Origin: an uncultured candidate division Zixibacteria bacterium
GTDB taxonomy: Bacteria; Zixibacteria; MSB-5A5; UBA10806
NCBI GenBank assembly: GCA_963817915.1
Contig: CAWFQL010000012.1
Span: forward strand, 1 to 64,000
Length of the DNA: 64,000 bases
Direction: 5' to 3'
Shown in pieces: positions 51,836-62,158 of this stretch. Numbering within the stretch: the first letter of the stretch is position 1; the number at the start of each line of letters is the position of its first letter. A model generated the notes under the pieces. The model saw nothing but the letters and a program-made list of their open reading frames with translations. It did not search any database and was not told the origin of the DNA. Made by a program: the position numbers and the translations under genes.

Positions 51836-53533
51836 ATGATGCATAATATTGAAATTAAATTGCGCGATTTATTTTTATTTGGCGCTATGCTATTGGTTTT
51901 GTCATTCAACGTTGCCAGCGCCCAGATACATGATGAATGGACGTCAATATTTGACTCAACAATCATTGGGACTTCGGGCGTCGGAAACGATGTCGTGGTG
52001 GATGAGTCAGGTAATATATACGCGACCGGTTCCGCGGTATTAGATGCGGGCCGCGGCATTGATTGCGTAACATTGAAATATGGTCCCGATGGTCAGTTAA
52101 GCTGGTATCGATATTATGACAGTCCTGTGCACCAATCCGAAGAAGGCAATTATATAAAGCTCGATAGGGATCTGAATATTGTGGTCGGCGGTATCAGCAG
52201 AAATGGCAATGATATTAGTGGATTTATATTGGCAAAATACAGTTCCGACGGTGAACAACAGTGGGTGTCTGCTTATCCGCTCCCGGCCAGCTCCGAAATA
52301 GAATTTTCCGGAATTGGTGTGGACTACAATAATAATATTTATTTGACCGGAGCAGTACCGGGGTCAACGGGGCTAGGCGATTTCGATTATATCACCATTA
52401 AGTATAATTCCAACGGTGAATTGCAGTGGGATGTTCGCTACCTCGGCGATACCGATGCCAGTACTAGGGCTATGGCAATAGCTGTCGACGCGGATGGCAA
52501 TTCCTATGTTACCGGATTTACTCATGGCACCGATGGCCGTCCAAAAATCGCGACAATCAAATACAATACCAGCGGTCAGCAGCAATGGCTGGCCATGTTC
52601 CAAAATCCGGATACTTACAGCAGTATGGGCCATTGCATAACTCTAGACTCTCAAGGCAATGTTTATATTGCCGGAGGGCTTGGTCTCTATGAAGAGATTT
52701 GTAATTATCAAACTCTAAAATACAACATTGACGGTGAATTGCAATGGTCAGATGTATATAATCCCAATTTCAGGCTTGATGGTGAATTGATCAGTTCGCC
52801 AGTAGCAATAGCTATCGATGCTGCAGGCAACACATTGATCACGGGATCGGGATGGATGGGAATAAGGGAAGTTTACAATACAATTAAATATAATACCGGA
52901 GGGGAATTGCAATGGTTTTCCCTATATGACGGCCTTCCTTCGGGTTTCAGTATTGCTTCTGATATTGCGGTTGATTCCCAGGGCAATTCTTATATTACCG
53001 GCGGGAGCGACAATTCAAACCTATACAATTATGATATTGCCACTCTCAGGTACGATAACTCAGGCCGTCAGGAATGGGTGCAACGTTTCAACGGCCCCAC
53101 TAACGGCGACGACAACGGGGAAGCCATCGCAATCGATAATCAGAATAATATTATCGTCACCGGGTCTTGCGGAGATAGAATAAATCACGGAAGCAAAATA
53201 GTCGTAGTTAAATATTCGCAATCCCAGACAAGTATTGTAGATGATGCTCACGACGTCCCATCCTTAATGCAGCTAAATCCGGCATATCCCAATCCATTCA
53301 ATTCCTCTACTATGCTATCTTTCTTCAATCCCGGCGGCAATGAAATGCTAATAGAAATATTCAATATTACTGGACAAAGAATAAGAACTTTCGAAACAAC
53401 CAATTCCATATCAGGTAGCGTTTATTGGAATGCCCAAGATGACTATGGTTCCAATATCGCTTCGGGTGTTTATTATGCCAGAGCCAAAAGCGGCGATAAA
53501 TCCTCGACTGTAAAGCTTGTCTATTTAAAGTAG
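51836..53533 (+). CDS. SBBP-repeat beta-propeller secreted protein with CTD
   Basis: Repeated IAVD..GNSY.TG....D..T.KY...G..QW units; AYPNPFN...SGVYYARA..KLVYLK; GGAG RBS. Confidence 0.85.
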   Translation: MMHNIEIKLRDLFLFGAMLLVLSFNVASAQIHDEWTSIFDSTIIGTSGVGNDVVVDESGNIYATGSAVLDAGRGIDCVTLKYGPDGQLSWYRYYDSPVHQSEEGNYIKLDRDLNIVVGGISRNGNDISGFILAKYSSDGEQQWVSAYPLPASSEIEFSGIGVDYNNNIYLTGAVPGSTGLGDFDYITIKYNSNGELQWDVRYLGDTDASTRAMAIAVDADGNSYVTGFTHGTDGRPKIATIKYNTSGQQQWLAMFQNPDTYSSMGHCITLDSQGNVYIAGGLGLYEEICNYQTLKYNIDGELQWSDVYNPNFRLDGELISSPVAIAIDAAGNTLITGSGWMGIREVYNTIKYNTGGELQWFSLYDGLPSGFSIASDIAVDSQGNSYITGGSDNSNLYNYDIATLRYDNSGRQEWVQRFNGPTNGDDNGEAIAIDNQNNIIVTGSCGDRINHGSKIVVVKYSQSQTSIVDDAHDVPSLMQLNPAYPNPFNSSTMLSFFNPGGNEMLIEIFNITGQRIRTFETTNSISGSVYWNAQDDYGSNIASGVYYARAKSGDKSSTVKLVYLK

Positions 53534-53624
53534 CCTGAGCAGTTTTTATTTGGGATTATCTTTCTATTTTTTGATTCGTATCGTTTTCCCTTGATTGAAG
53601 CATTCAAATTGCTATTATAATCAA

Positions 53625-53909
53625 GTGAACGAAATTTCAAAAAAACGGTGCGCCCGCTGCGGCAAGAGGATCAAAAAAGGGGGAGCCTGCTATCGTTTTT
53701 CCGCCGAAATAATGGCGGATTTCGATGGGTACATTAATATTACTCCAAATAAGGAAATGCGGGATTCGTTAAGGGAAATCGAAATGCGAATGAAAGAATT
53801 ATCGGAAAAGGAACTGCTTGATCAGGTACATAAGGAATTCGAATATCTGGTCTGTCTTTCCTGCCGCGATGATATAGATAATTTTCTTCAACCCGGGGAT
53901 AGTCGATGA
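53625..53909 (+). CDS. Small putative zinc-binding protein (CxxC...CxxC)
   Basis: CARC...CLSC; stop overlaps the dnaE start (ATGA); GTG 53625 lies just after a TATAAT. Confidence 0.6.
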   Translation: MNEISKKRCARCGKRIKKGGACYRFSAEIMADFDGYINITPNKEMRDSLREIEMRMKELSEKELLDQVHKEFEYLVCLSCRDDIDNFLQPGDSR

Positions 53910-56900
53910 GCCTGGCCCAATTTGTCCATCTGCATAACCACACGCAATACTCATTGCTCGATGGCGCCTGCCGTATAGATGATATCCTCGATGCCGCCGA
54001 GAAAATGAAGATGCCGGCTCTGGCAATTACCGACCACGGCAATATGTTCGGAGTAATCGAATTTTATATCAAAGCCAGAAAACATAGAATTAAGCCAATA
54101 ATTGGCATCGAGGCGTATGTCGCGCCCGAAAGCCGCCATACCAAATCGGGTATGAAGGGCTTTACGGAATCCGGATTTCATCTTGTAATACTCGCAAAGA
54201 ACGAAACCGGCTATAAGAACTTGATCAAACTAGCCTCAATCGGATACACCGAAGGTTTCTATCATAAGCCGAGAATCGACAAGGAAGCGTTGAAACAGCA
54301 TGGCGAAGGACTGATGGTCCTTTCCGCTTGCCTGCAGGGAGAGGCCGCGCGATATATTCATAATAATCGTTTCGATGACGCCGAAAAATCAGTCAGAAGC
54401 TATCTCGATATTTTCGGCAAGGATAATTTCTACCTCGAATTGCAGAATCACGGTCTCCCGGAAGAAGCGAAGGTTTCGGCGGCAATCAAGGATATTGCGG
54501 CGAGAATGGAAGTCAATCTCGTAGCCACCAATGATTGCCATTACATGAAGAAAGAACATGCCGCCGCGCATGACGCCCTGCTATGTATCCAGACCGGCAA
54601 ATTCCTTGTCGATACCGACCGAATGAAATACGCGACCGATCAAATATATTTCAAGACGCCCGAGGAGATGATCGATCTTTTCCAAAACACACCCGAAGCG
54701 ATCGAAAACACTCTTCGAATAGCCGAAGCCTGCAGTCTTGATATTGATCTATATAAGAATAGGGTGCCGAAATTCCCGATACCGGATGGATTTTCAACTC
54801 TTGAGGATTATCTTCGTCATCTTTGCGAGATCGGACTCAAAAATAGATATCCTGAAGTGACATCGTTATTGCAGGAACGGTTAAATTACGAACTTAGTGT
54901 AATTAATCGCATGGGATATCCCGGATATTTTCTAATTGTCCAGGATTTTATAAATTTCGCTCGAAGCAATGGCGTGAGAGTCGGCCCGGGAAGAGGATCA
55001 GCCGCTGGTTCTATTGTCAGTTATTGTCTGGGAATCACCAATCTCGACCCGATTGCCTACGGCCTGCTCTTCGAACGATTTCTCAATCCCGAACGAATCA
55101 GCATGCCTGACATTGATATTGATTTCGCCGATCGCGGCCGCGATAAGGTGATTGAATATGTAACCGCTAAATATGGCAGGGAGAATGTCGCCCAAATTAT
55201 CACATTCGGAAGCATGGCGGCACGGGCGGTTGTCAGAGATGTCGGGCGGGTGATGTCGTTGCCATATAGCGATGTTGACGCTATCGCGAAATTGATTCCA
55301 ATGGAAATTGAGATGACGCTCGAAAAGGCGCTTGAAAAGGAGCCGGAGCTCAAAAAGAAGTACGACGAAGAAGAGCGAATAAAAACACTTATCGATTATT
55401 CCCAGGTGCTTGAAGGGCTATCCCGTCACGCCTCTACTCACGCCGCGGGGGTTGTGATAGCGCCGAGCGCCATCACGGATTACGCGCCGTTATACAAATC
55501 GAATAAAGATGAAATCACGACTCAATATGATATGCGCTGGATTGAGGCTATCGGCCTGCTCAAGATGGATTTTCTTGGCCTGAGAACTCTTACAGTCATA
55601 GATGATTGTCTGGATTTGATGAAGAAGAGGGGAATCGAATTAGATATCGACAAGATTCCATTGGATGATCCAAAGATATATAAGCTTTTTACTCGCGGTG
55701 ATACGGTTGGTGTTTTCCAGTTTGAATCATCCGGCATGAGAGAATATCTAAAAAAGCTCAAACCAAATGTCCTGGAAGACCTGACTGTCATGAACGCTCT
55801 ATATCGCCCGGGTCCGTTGGACGCCAAAATGATCGATACTTATATCGAATGCAAAAAGGGCAAGAAGCAGATTAAATTCGATAGCCCCATGCTCGAGCCT
55901 ATACTCAGGGAAACATACGGCGTTATCGTATTTCAGGAACAAGTGCTCAGGATCGCCCGCGAATTGGGCGGATACACTATGGGCGAAGCAGATATTCTCC
56001 GCAAGGCTATGGGGAAAAAACAAGCCGAGGTCATGGCTGAGCAAAAAGGCAAGTTCATCGAAGGAGCCAAAGAACGAAAGATCAGCTCTCAAACAGCGGA
56101 AAAGATTTTCGAGCAAATTGAGACTTTCGGCCGCTACGGATTTGTAAAAGCCCACTCCGCATGCTACGCGTTTGTAGCATATCAAACCGCCTATCTTAAA
56201 GTTCATTACCCTGTCGAATATATGGCAGCGTTGATGACCTCCGAAATGTCCGATACCAATCGAATTATGGAACTCAAAAACGAGTGCAAGCGAATGAATA
56301 TCGAAATCAAGCCGCCCGATATCAATCGCAGCTATGGGAGTTTCTCCGTCGATTCGGGGGCGATTTTATTTGGACTCACGGCGGTAAAGAATGTCGGACA
56401 GAGCGCGGTCGATTCGATAATTGAATCAAGAAACGCGGATGGCCCGTTTAGCGACCTTTTTGAATTTTGCGGACGTGTCGATCTCCGATCGGTCAATCGC
56501 CGAACGATTGAGGGCATGATAATGTCTGGCGCGATGGATATGCTCGGGTCCCATCGCGCATCCCTGCTGGCGGGAATCGAAAATGCGATTAACTGCGGTT
56601 CTAATATACAGAAAGATAAGGAAAGCGGCCAATCGACATTATTTGGCGGCTCCGAACAAACTTCAATTGCCAAGCCTAAATTACCGGACGTGGCTCCCTG
56701 GTCCAAAATGGAAATACTTGCGAAAGAAAAAGAGTCGTTGGGCTACTGGATTTCTGGCCATCCTCTGGATCAGGATAGAGATATTTTTGATTGCTTTATC
56801 GACCTGAAATTAGGCGAGCTCGAAAAAACTCCCGATGGCCGAAAAGTAACTGTCGGCGGAGTGCTCACGAAAGTCAAGATTCAGACCAGCCGCCAAGGCA

Positions 56901-57349
56901 AACCATTCGCCCTTCTCACGCTTGAAGATGATACCGGAGCAGGTGAAGTACTTATCTTTTCCGATGCCATCGAAAAAAGGAGACTGCTTCTAAAGGAAGG
57001 CAATACGATTATAGTATTCGGCCAATCATCGGTGCGCGAGGGGGAAAAGCCCAAAATCAAAGGCGACGATTTTACTCTATTGTCTTCAGCCACGCGCGAA
57101 TTCCCGGTTACGCTGAAGTTGGCTCTTGAAAACGATTTCGATAACGATCTGCCCGAAAAGATATTCGGCGAGCTTTCAAGTAATTCCGGCCAGAGCGAAG
57201 TAAAAATATATTATCGTCAAAACGGTAGACAAGTAATCTTCCGGGCCACCAAAGTCAAAATAGATCCAAACCAGAAGCTATTGAACAATTTGAAAAATAT
57301 AATCGGCCCTGAAAATGTAAAATTAGTCAGGGCGATTGTCCGTAATTAG
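53906..57349 (+). CDS. dnaE: DNA polymerase III alpha subunit
   Basis: FVHLHNHTQYSLLDG PHP domain, GPGRGSAAGS, FERFLNPERISMPDIDIDF, KMDFLGLRTL, OB-fold tail; no intein seen. Confidence 0.97.
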   Translation: MSLAQFVHLHNHTQYSLLDGACRIDDILDAAEKMKMPALAITDHGNMFGVIEFYIKARKHRIKPIIGIEAYVAPESRHTKSGMKGFTESGFHLVILAKNETGYKNLIKLASIGYTEGFYHKPRIDKEALKQHGEGLMVLSACLQGEAARYIHNNRFDDAEKSVRSYLDIFGKDNFYLELQNHGLPEEAKVSAAIKDIAARMEVNLVATNDCHYMKKEHAAAHDALLCIQTGKFLVDTDRMKYATDQIYFKTPEEMIDLFQNTPEAIENTLRIAEACSLDIDLYKNRVPKFPIPDGFSTLEDYLRHLCEIGLKNRYPEVTSLLQERLNYELSVINRMGYPGYFLIVQDFINFARSNGVRVGPGRGSAAGSIVSYCLGITNLDPIAYGLLFERFLNPERISMPDIDIDFADRGRDKVIEYVTAKYGRENVAQIITFGSMAARAVVRDVGRVMSLPYSDVDAIAKLIPMEIEMTLEKALEKEPELKKKYDEEERIKTLIDYSQVLEGLSRHASTHAAGVVIAPSAITDYAPLYKSNKDEITTQYDMRWIEAIGLLKMDFLGLRTLTVIDDCLDLMKKRGIELDIDKIPLDDPKIYKLFTRGDTVGVFQFESSGMREYLKKLKPNVLEDLTVMNALYRPGPLDAKMIDTYIECKKGKKQIKFDSPMLEPILRETYGVIVFQEQVLRIARELGGYTMGEADILRKAMGKKQAEVMAEQKGKFIEGAKERKISSQTAEKIFEQIETFGRYGFVKAHSACYAFVAYQTAYLKVHYPVEYMAALMTSEMSDTNRIMELKNECKRMNIEIKPPDINRSYGSFSVDSGAILFGLTAVKNVGQSAVDSIIESRNADGPFSDLFEFCGRVDLRSVNRRTIEGMIMSGAMDMLGSHRASLLAGIENAINCGSNIQKDKESGQSTLFGGSEQTSIAKPKLPDVAPWSKMEILAKEKESLGYWISGHPLDQDRDIFDCFIDLKLGELEKTPDGRKVTVGGVLTKVKIQTSRQGKPFALLTLEDDTGAGEVLIFSDAIEKRRLLLKEGNTIIVFGQSSVREGEKPKIKGDDFTLLSSATREFPVTLKLALENDFDNDLPEKIFGELSSNSGQSEVKIYYRQNGRQVIFRATKVKIDPNQKLLNNLKNIIGPENVKLVRAIVRN

Positions 57350-57574
57350 TGGAAAGCATGCTCCCCTAATACAGGAACATGATGGATTTATCAAACGTTA
57401 AATAAATAAGTGGTTGAAAAGCCTGATCTAAATAGTGGACAGAACGTAGTAGTAATGCTTCTTTTGGGCAGTCTTGGATCAAAAACAACTTGATAATTTC
57501 AGCCAAATCCCGATATTTAGGATGGGATTATTGGTTTTAACACGACAATAATTGTCTTCAGAACTGGAGAAAAA

Positions 57575-58096
57575 ATGAAATCAGACAGATTTAAATGGTT
57601 TGGAATGATATCAGCTCTTTTTATCATTTTAGCGTCATGCGCCGTGGCCGACGAGACACCCAAATCCGATGGTATTAAGTGGTATAAATATGACGAAGGT
57701 TTGAAATTGGCCGCAGCGGCCAAGAAAACGGTAATTGTTGATTTTTATACCAATTGGTGCGGCTGGTGCAAGAAAATGGATAAAGAGACATTTACTGACA
57801 AAAGAGTTATAGATTATATGAACAAAACTTATATTGCGGTGAAAGTTAATGCCGAATCTAAAGAAACTATCAGCCTGCCGAATGGCCCTACAGATGGTAT
57901 TAAATTGGCCAAATCCTTCGGAGTTAGTGGGTATCCGAATTATACATTTTTAGATTCTGAAGGTAAAAAGATTAATGCTTTGCCAGGCTATAAAAAGGCC
58001 GACGAATTTATTATAATCCTTAAATATATCGGGGACGGCGCCTACAAAACTCAAAATTATAAGGATTATTATAGCAAGAATCAGCCTTCCCAATAA
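57575..58096 (+). CDS. Exported thioredoxin-fold protein (SoxW-like)
   Basis: Signal/lipobox LASC; DFYTNWCGWCKKMD; cis-Pro loop GYP. Confidence 0.85.
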   Translation: MKSDRFKWFGMISALFIILASCAVADETPKSDGIKWYKYDEGLKLAAAAKKTVIVDFYTNWCGWCKKMDKETFTDKRVIDYMNKTYIAVKVNAESKETISLPNGPTDGIKLAKSFGVSGYPNYTFLDSEGKKINALPGYKKADEFIIILKYIGDGAYKTQNYKDYYSKNQPSQ

Positions 58097-58219
58097 TGCC
58101 TGGACTATCGAATATATTGACAAATTAGTCTAATTCAAATTATCAAGTACGAAATGAATGGAACCCTCTGAAAGCAGTAAACTGTTGACTCTTTGGAGTA
58201 GTGAATTATATTTAAGTCA

Positions 58220-59161
58220 ATGAAAAAAATCATTTTAGTAGTTATTCTTATAGTTATTGCGTCTACAATTCCGTCATACTCTGCCAAGTATGCCGGTGAA
58301 TTTCTGTATCTTGGAGTAGGCGGAAGACCCCTGGCGCTTGGCGGGGCTTATGTAGCCGAATCAGGCGATGTGCTTTCAGGATATTACAATCCCGCAGGTC
58401 TTTCAGCTATAGGGAGTCAGCAGGCCATATTTATGCATTCGGAGACATTCGGCGGGCTTCTAAGTCATGATTTTGTAGCGTATGCCCGGCCAATCGGCAA
58501 AATGGAAGATAGTACCGCTATCGGGGTATCGCTTTACCGGCTTGGTGGTGGAGGGATTATTGTCACAGGCGTCGACCAAACTGGGCGTTTTTATAAAGTC
58601 AAGGAAGCCAGCCATGCCGATTATGCCGGTTATTTATCATATAGCAAAATATTCAAAAATTACGTTAGAATTGGCGCATCGGCAAAATTGATTTATCGAA
58701 AGATTATCGATGATTCCGCGTATGGAATCGGGCTCGATTTAGGTGCCTTGTATTCGATCACCGACTGGGCAGATATCGGTCTGAATCTTCAGGATATTAC
58801 GACAACATTGCTATCTTATTCGACGGGAAATAAGGAATCGGTAAATCCCACGGCTAAGATCGGAACCAAATTTCATCGGCAGTTAGGACGATTCGCTGGC
58901 GCTCTTTTTTCCGATTTTGACTTCCGATTTGAAGGCAGACAGTACGCCTCGCAGGCTCATTTCGGCAGAATTTCCATCGATACCCATTTTGGGTTGGAAT
59001 TGTCATATCTCGACAAAATCGCGGCCAGAATCGGCTCCGATGTGGGAAATTTGACCCTTGGCGCCGGACTGCGATTCAATAGATTCACGATAGATATGGC
59101 ACTGAGACAGCATTCCGATCTCGATAATACATTTTTGGGATCCTTAGCCATTAAATTTTAA
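58220..59161 (+). CDS. PorV/PorQ family outer-membrane beta-barrel
   Basis: KYAGEFL.LGVGGRPLALGGAYVA...D...YYNPAGL; amphipathic strands; terminal Phe. Confidence 0.85.
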   Translation: MKKIILVVILIVIASTIPSYSAKYAGEFLYLGVGGRPLALGGAYVAESGDVLSGYYNPAGLSAIGSQQAIFMHSETFGGLLSHDFVAYARPIGKMEDSTAIGVSLYRLGGGGIIVTGVDQTGRFYKVKEASHADYAGYLSYSKIFKNYVRIGASAKLIYRKIIDDSAYGIGLDLGALYSITDWADIGLNLQDITTTLLSYSTGNKESVNPTAKIGTKFHRQLGRFAGALFSDFDFRFEGRQYASQAHFGRISIDTHFGLELSYLDKIAARIGSDVGNLTLGAGLRFNRFTIDMALRQHSDLDNTFLGSLAIKF

Positions 59162-59400
59162 ATCATAGCGTCAAATTTTAATTATTTTTTTATTTTTACA
59201 ACGGTTATCGTTCTTAGAGGAACAAGATTGCCGATAATGAGTAAAATAATATTGTTTCGTGATATGCTTATGATTCGAAATACACCAAAAAGTTCAAATC
59301 ACATAAATTCATTGACGTCACATTCATTTGATATTGACATATTCATGCTCAGGCAATAAGTTATGCTTCTTGGATAATGGAGAGACATGGAGAGGTTAAA

Positions 59401-61185
59401 ATGAAAAAATTTTTCTTATCAGTTTTGCCGTTGGTTACAGTAGCCTGCCTATTTGGAAGTTCAAAGCTTATTAGGCCAGATGCCCAGATTGCCACAGTGG
59501 ATGGCAGAATAATTTCTTACGCCGCTTACGATTCCGCTTATAAATCTCTTGAAGATAAAGTGGAGCCCGAAGTCACTCAGGATAGCCTTAAATCGCAGAC
59601 GCTTGATAGTTTGATCATTGCTAAGCTTATTGATATACGTATGGATAGCATCAAGGCCGCTCTCGATAATGATTGGGATTTTTCGCATAAACGCATTGAC
59701 GATAATACGCAGACAATTTTTAAGGTATTATTCGATAAACAGGTGACAGCCAAGGCGTTTTTAGCGGTGGCGGATACAGCAAGAGTAGTTAAATATTACG
59801 AAGACCATAAAAGCAATTATGTCGAACCCGAGCAGGTCAAGGCGCTTCAAATACTAATAGCCCGGCCCAAACCCGATACGATCGGTGTCAAATCTGAAAA
59901 GAAAAGAAATAAGGCAATAAAAGAGGCCGACTCATTCGCCAAGAAGAGAGCCGATGCTGTCATGAAATTGGCGGTGGCCGGTGATAATTGGGACTCCCTC
60001 GTAACCGCTTATTCAGAAGATAAGAAGACGACCGGCAAAGGCGGCGACATGGGATCATTCGGGCGCGGCAGATTTACACCCCAATTCGACACATTGGTTT
60101 TCGGCGCTCAGCCAGGGACTATTGTCGGCCCCATAGATTCAAAGCTTGGGTATCAAATAATCAAGGTTGTTGAGCATACACCCGAGATTCAAAAGCCGCT
60201 TAACGCCGAGGTTACCAACACCATTCATGGTGATATAATCCGAGAGGAAGAAAATAATATATCCAAGGCTTATCTGGATTCATTGAAAAAAGAAGCTGAA
60301 TATGTCTATAACGATTCGCTAATCGCCTTGAATGACAGCCTGGTCAATCCTCGGGCGTGGATTTTAATAATTAATAAGACCGATACCGTTTATCAAAAGG
60401 TAGTTAGCGAAAATCTTCCACGGTTTATACGTTGGAAAAGAAAACCGGCTGATTCCCTCACTGTCGATGATAAAAAAGAGATGCTCTATATGCTGAGCAC
60501 AACATATATCTTGCGCAATTCCGCGCGGAAATTAGGATATCTCGATAATACTGAAGTCAAGAATGCTTTAAACGAATATACAACTACCGAGGCGAAATTG
60601 CGTCTTGCAGGCATCCTTAATGATCAGGAATATCAGCCGTCGGATTCGGAAGAAGTGGCGTATTTTAATTCGCATCAGGATAAATATACGGTTGATAGAA
60701 AATTGACTGTATATCATATAATTTTCTCAGATTCGATTCTTGCCGAAGCGGTTCGAGATTCTCTGGTAAAGGGCGCTGATTTTAAGGAAATGGCCAAACG
60801 ATATTATCCCGGAGATCCTGAGATTCGCGAAGTAGCTTATAATTTAGGGCAGATTGGCCCCAAAGACATGGGCGATGAATTTTATAGCGTTGCCGATACG
60901 ATGAAGGTCGGGTCAATTTCCCATGCCGTAAAAACCGCATGGGGATATCATCTGATCAAGCTTGTTGAAAGAAAACAGGATAAGACGCTTGATCAGGTGC
61001 GTCCCGGAATCAGGCAGGTTTTAAAAGATCAGCGGGATGCCGCAAAGAAAAATATGATTGTTGCTGAATGGCGCAAGGAAGCTTTAATAAAGGTGAATAG
61101 CAATCTCGTCGCTAAGTATAAACCGATCGAGAAAAAGGTGATTGAAATTGAGCCAACCGCTTCCAAACAAAGTGGCGGCAAATAG
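59401..61185 (+). CDS. Periplasmic parvulin-type peptidyl-prolyl isomerase (SurA/PrsA-like, two PpiC domains)
   Basis: YSED....KGGDMG, GPI.S..GYQIIKV, VKTAWGYHLIKL; signal peptide; GAGG RBS. Confidence 0.85.
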   Translation: MKKFFLSVLPLVTVACLFGSSKLIRPDAQIATVDGRIISYAAYDSAYKSLEDKVEPEVTQDSLKSQTLDSLIIAKLIDIRMDSIKAALDNDWDFSHKRIDDNTQTIFKVLFDKQVTAKAFLAVADTARVVKYYEDHKSNYVEPEQVKALQILIARPKPDTIGVKSEKKRNKAIKEADSFAKKRADAVMKLAVAGDNWDSLVTAYSEDKKTTGKGGDMGSFGRGRFTPQFDTLVFGAQPGTIVGPIDSKLGYQIIKVVEHTPEIQKPLNAEVTNTIHGDIIREEENNISKAYLDSLKKEAEYVYNDSLIALNDSLVNPRAWILIINKTDTVYQKVVSENLPRFIRWKRKPADSLTVDDKKEMLYMLSTTYILRNSARKLGYLDNTEVKNALNEYTTTEAKLRLAGILNDQEYQPSDSEEVAYFNSHQDKYTVDRKLTVYHIIFSDSILAEAVRDSLVKGADFKEMAKRYYPGDPEIREVAYNLGQIGPKDMGDEFYSVADTMKVGSISHAVKTAWGYHLIKLVERKQDKTLDQVRPGIRQVLKDQRDAAKKNMIVAEWRKEALIKVNSNLVAKYKPIEKKVIEIEPTASKQSGGK

Positions 61186-61861
61186 AGTCATTTTACCTCT
61201 GGATGGCCGGGCGGACGGGACCCCGGCTGAATCCGTATTCAGTGACCATCGTCCCGAAAATATCTCCATGGTGGGTGAGGCGTTCCGCAAGCTCACCCAC
61301 ATGGGAGCCCTGGTTATACCGATAGGTTATTATTTTCTTGGATCCGGTATAGTTCAGATTTGTTTGATCTTCGCCTTGCTCTGTGCGCTGGCCGTCGAAT
61401 ATATCCGCCTATTCGGTCAGGAAAAAGCCAAAATTTTTGTATATCGTTTCATGGGAATCATGACCCGTCCCCATGAAAAAAAGAAACTTACCGGAGCTAC
61501 GTATATCTTGTTAGGATCGATTATAACAATAGCCTTATTCGACAAACCTGTCGCGCTGGCGGCGATATCGTTCATAATAGTAGGCGATACTGCCGGGGCT
61601 TTAATTGGCAGAATCTGGGGCAAGGTACGTTATCGAAATAAATCGCTTGAAGGTTCGATCAGTTTTTTTCTGGCTTGTAGTGTGGTAGCGGCGTTAGTGC
61701 CCGGTATTTCATTTTGGGTGAAGATTATTGGCGCAATAGCGGCGACGATTGTTGAGGCAATTACGTTACATATCGACGATAATTTAATTGTCCCGATCAC
61801 GTCAGCGGCTTTAATGCAAGTTATTATCAGTCAACTTGTTGTGTTGGAACATTTCGCTTGA
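61142..61861 (+). CDS. Polyprenol/phytol/diacylglycerol kinase (SEC59/VTE5/CTP_transf family); start uncertain
   Basis: E.FRKL.H, R.HE...LTGATY, GDTAGALIG..WG...KSLEGS, DDNL.VP. Confidence 0.82.
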   Translation: MKLSQPLPNKVAANRVILPLDGRADGTPAESVFSDHRPENISMVGEAFRKLTHMGALVIPIGYYFLGSGIVQICLIFALLCALAVEYIRLFGQEKAKIFVYRFMGIMTRPHEKKKLTGATYILLGSIITIALFDKPVALAAISFIIVGDTAGALIGRIWGKVRYRNKSLEGSISFFLACSVVAALVPGISFWVKIIGAIAATIVEAITLHIDDNLIVPITSAALMQVIISQLVVLEHFA

Positions 61862-61886
61862 CAATGATAGATGACAGGTTTATTCT
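61858..61886 (+). promoter_or_regulatory. Sigma-70 promoter for the cold-shock gene
   Basis: TTGACA-17 nt-TATTCT; the -35 box overlaps the upstream stop codon. Confidence 0.65.
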
Positions 61887-61919
61887 TAAATGAACTTAAA
61901 TCCTTTTTGGGAGGGCCAA

Positions 61920-62126
61920 ATGCCAAAAGGCAAGGTTAAATGGTTCAATGACTTAAAAGGGTATGGATTTATCACTTCAGAAGCAGACTTTTCCGAAATC
62001 TACGTGCATCACTCCGAAATCAAACTCAACGGCTATAAGACCCTTAAGGCGGGGGAAGAAGTAGAATTCGAGATGGCTGATGGACCTGAAGGTCTCAAGG
62101 CCAAAAACGTTGTAGTGTTGAATTAA
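61920..62126 (+). CDS. Cold-shock domain protein
   Basis: GKVKWFN..KGYGFI, YVHHSEI..G.KTL..GE.VEF; GGGAGG RBS. Confidence 0.95.
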   Translation: MPKGKVKWFNDLKGYGFITSEADFSEIYVHHSEIKLNGYKTLKAGEEVEFEMADGPEGLKAKNVVVLN

Positions 62127-62158
62127 TCTAACGCCCCTGCCTAATAGGGGTCATATAT

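Noticed and set aside
53906..57349. Intein or split dnaE
   Set aside because: Normal length (1147 aa) with continuous motifs.
57350..57574. Structured ncRNA in the intergenic gap (also 11385-11719, 32083-32435, 59162-59400)
   Set aside because: No recognisable tRNA, tmRNA, SRP, RNase P or riboswitch motif by eye; an Infernal scan would be needed to exclude one.
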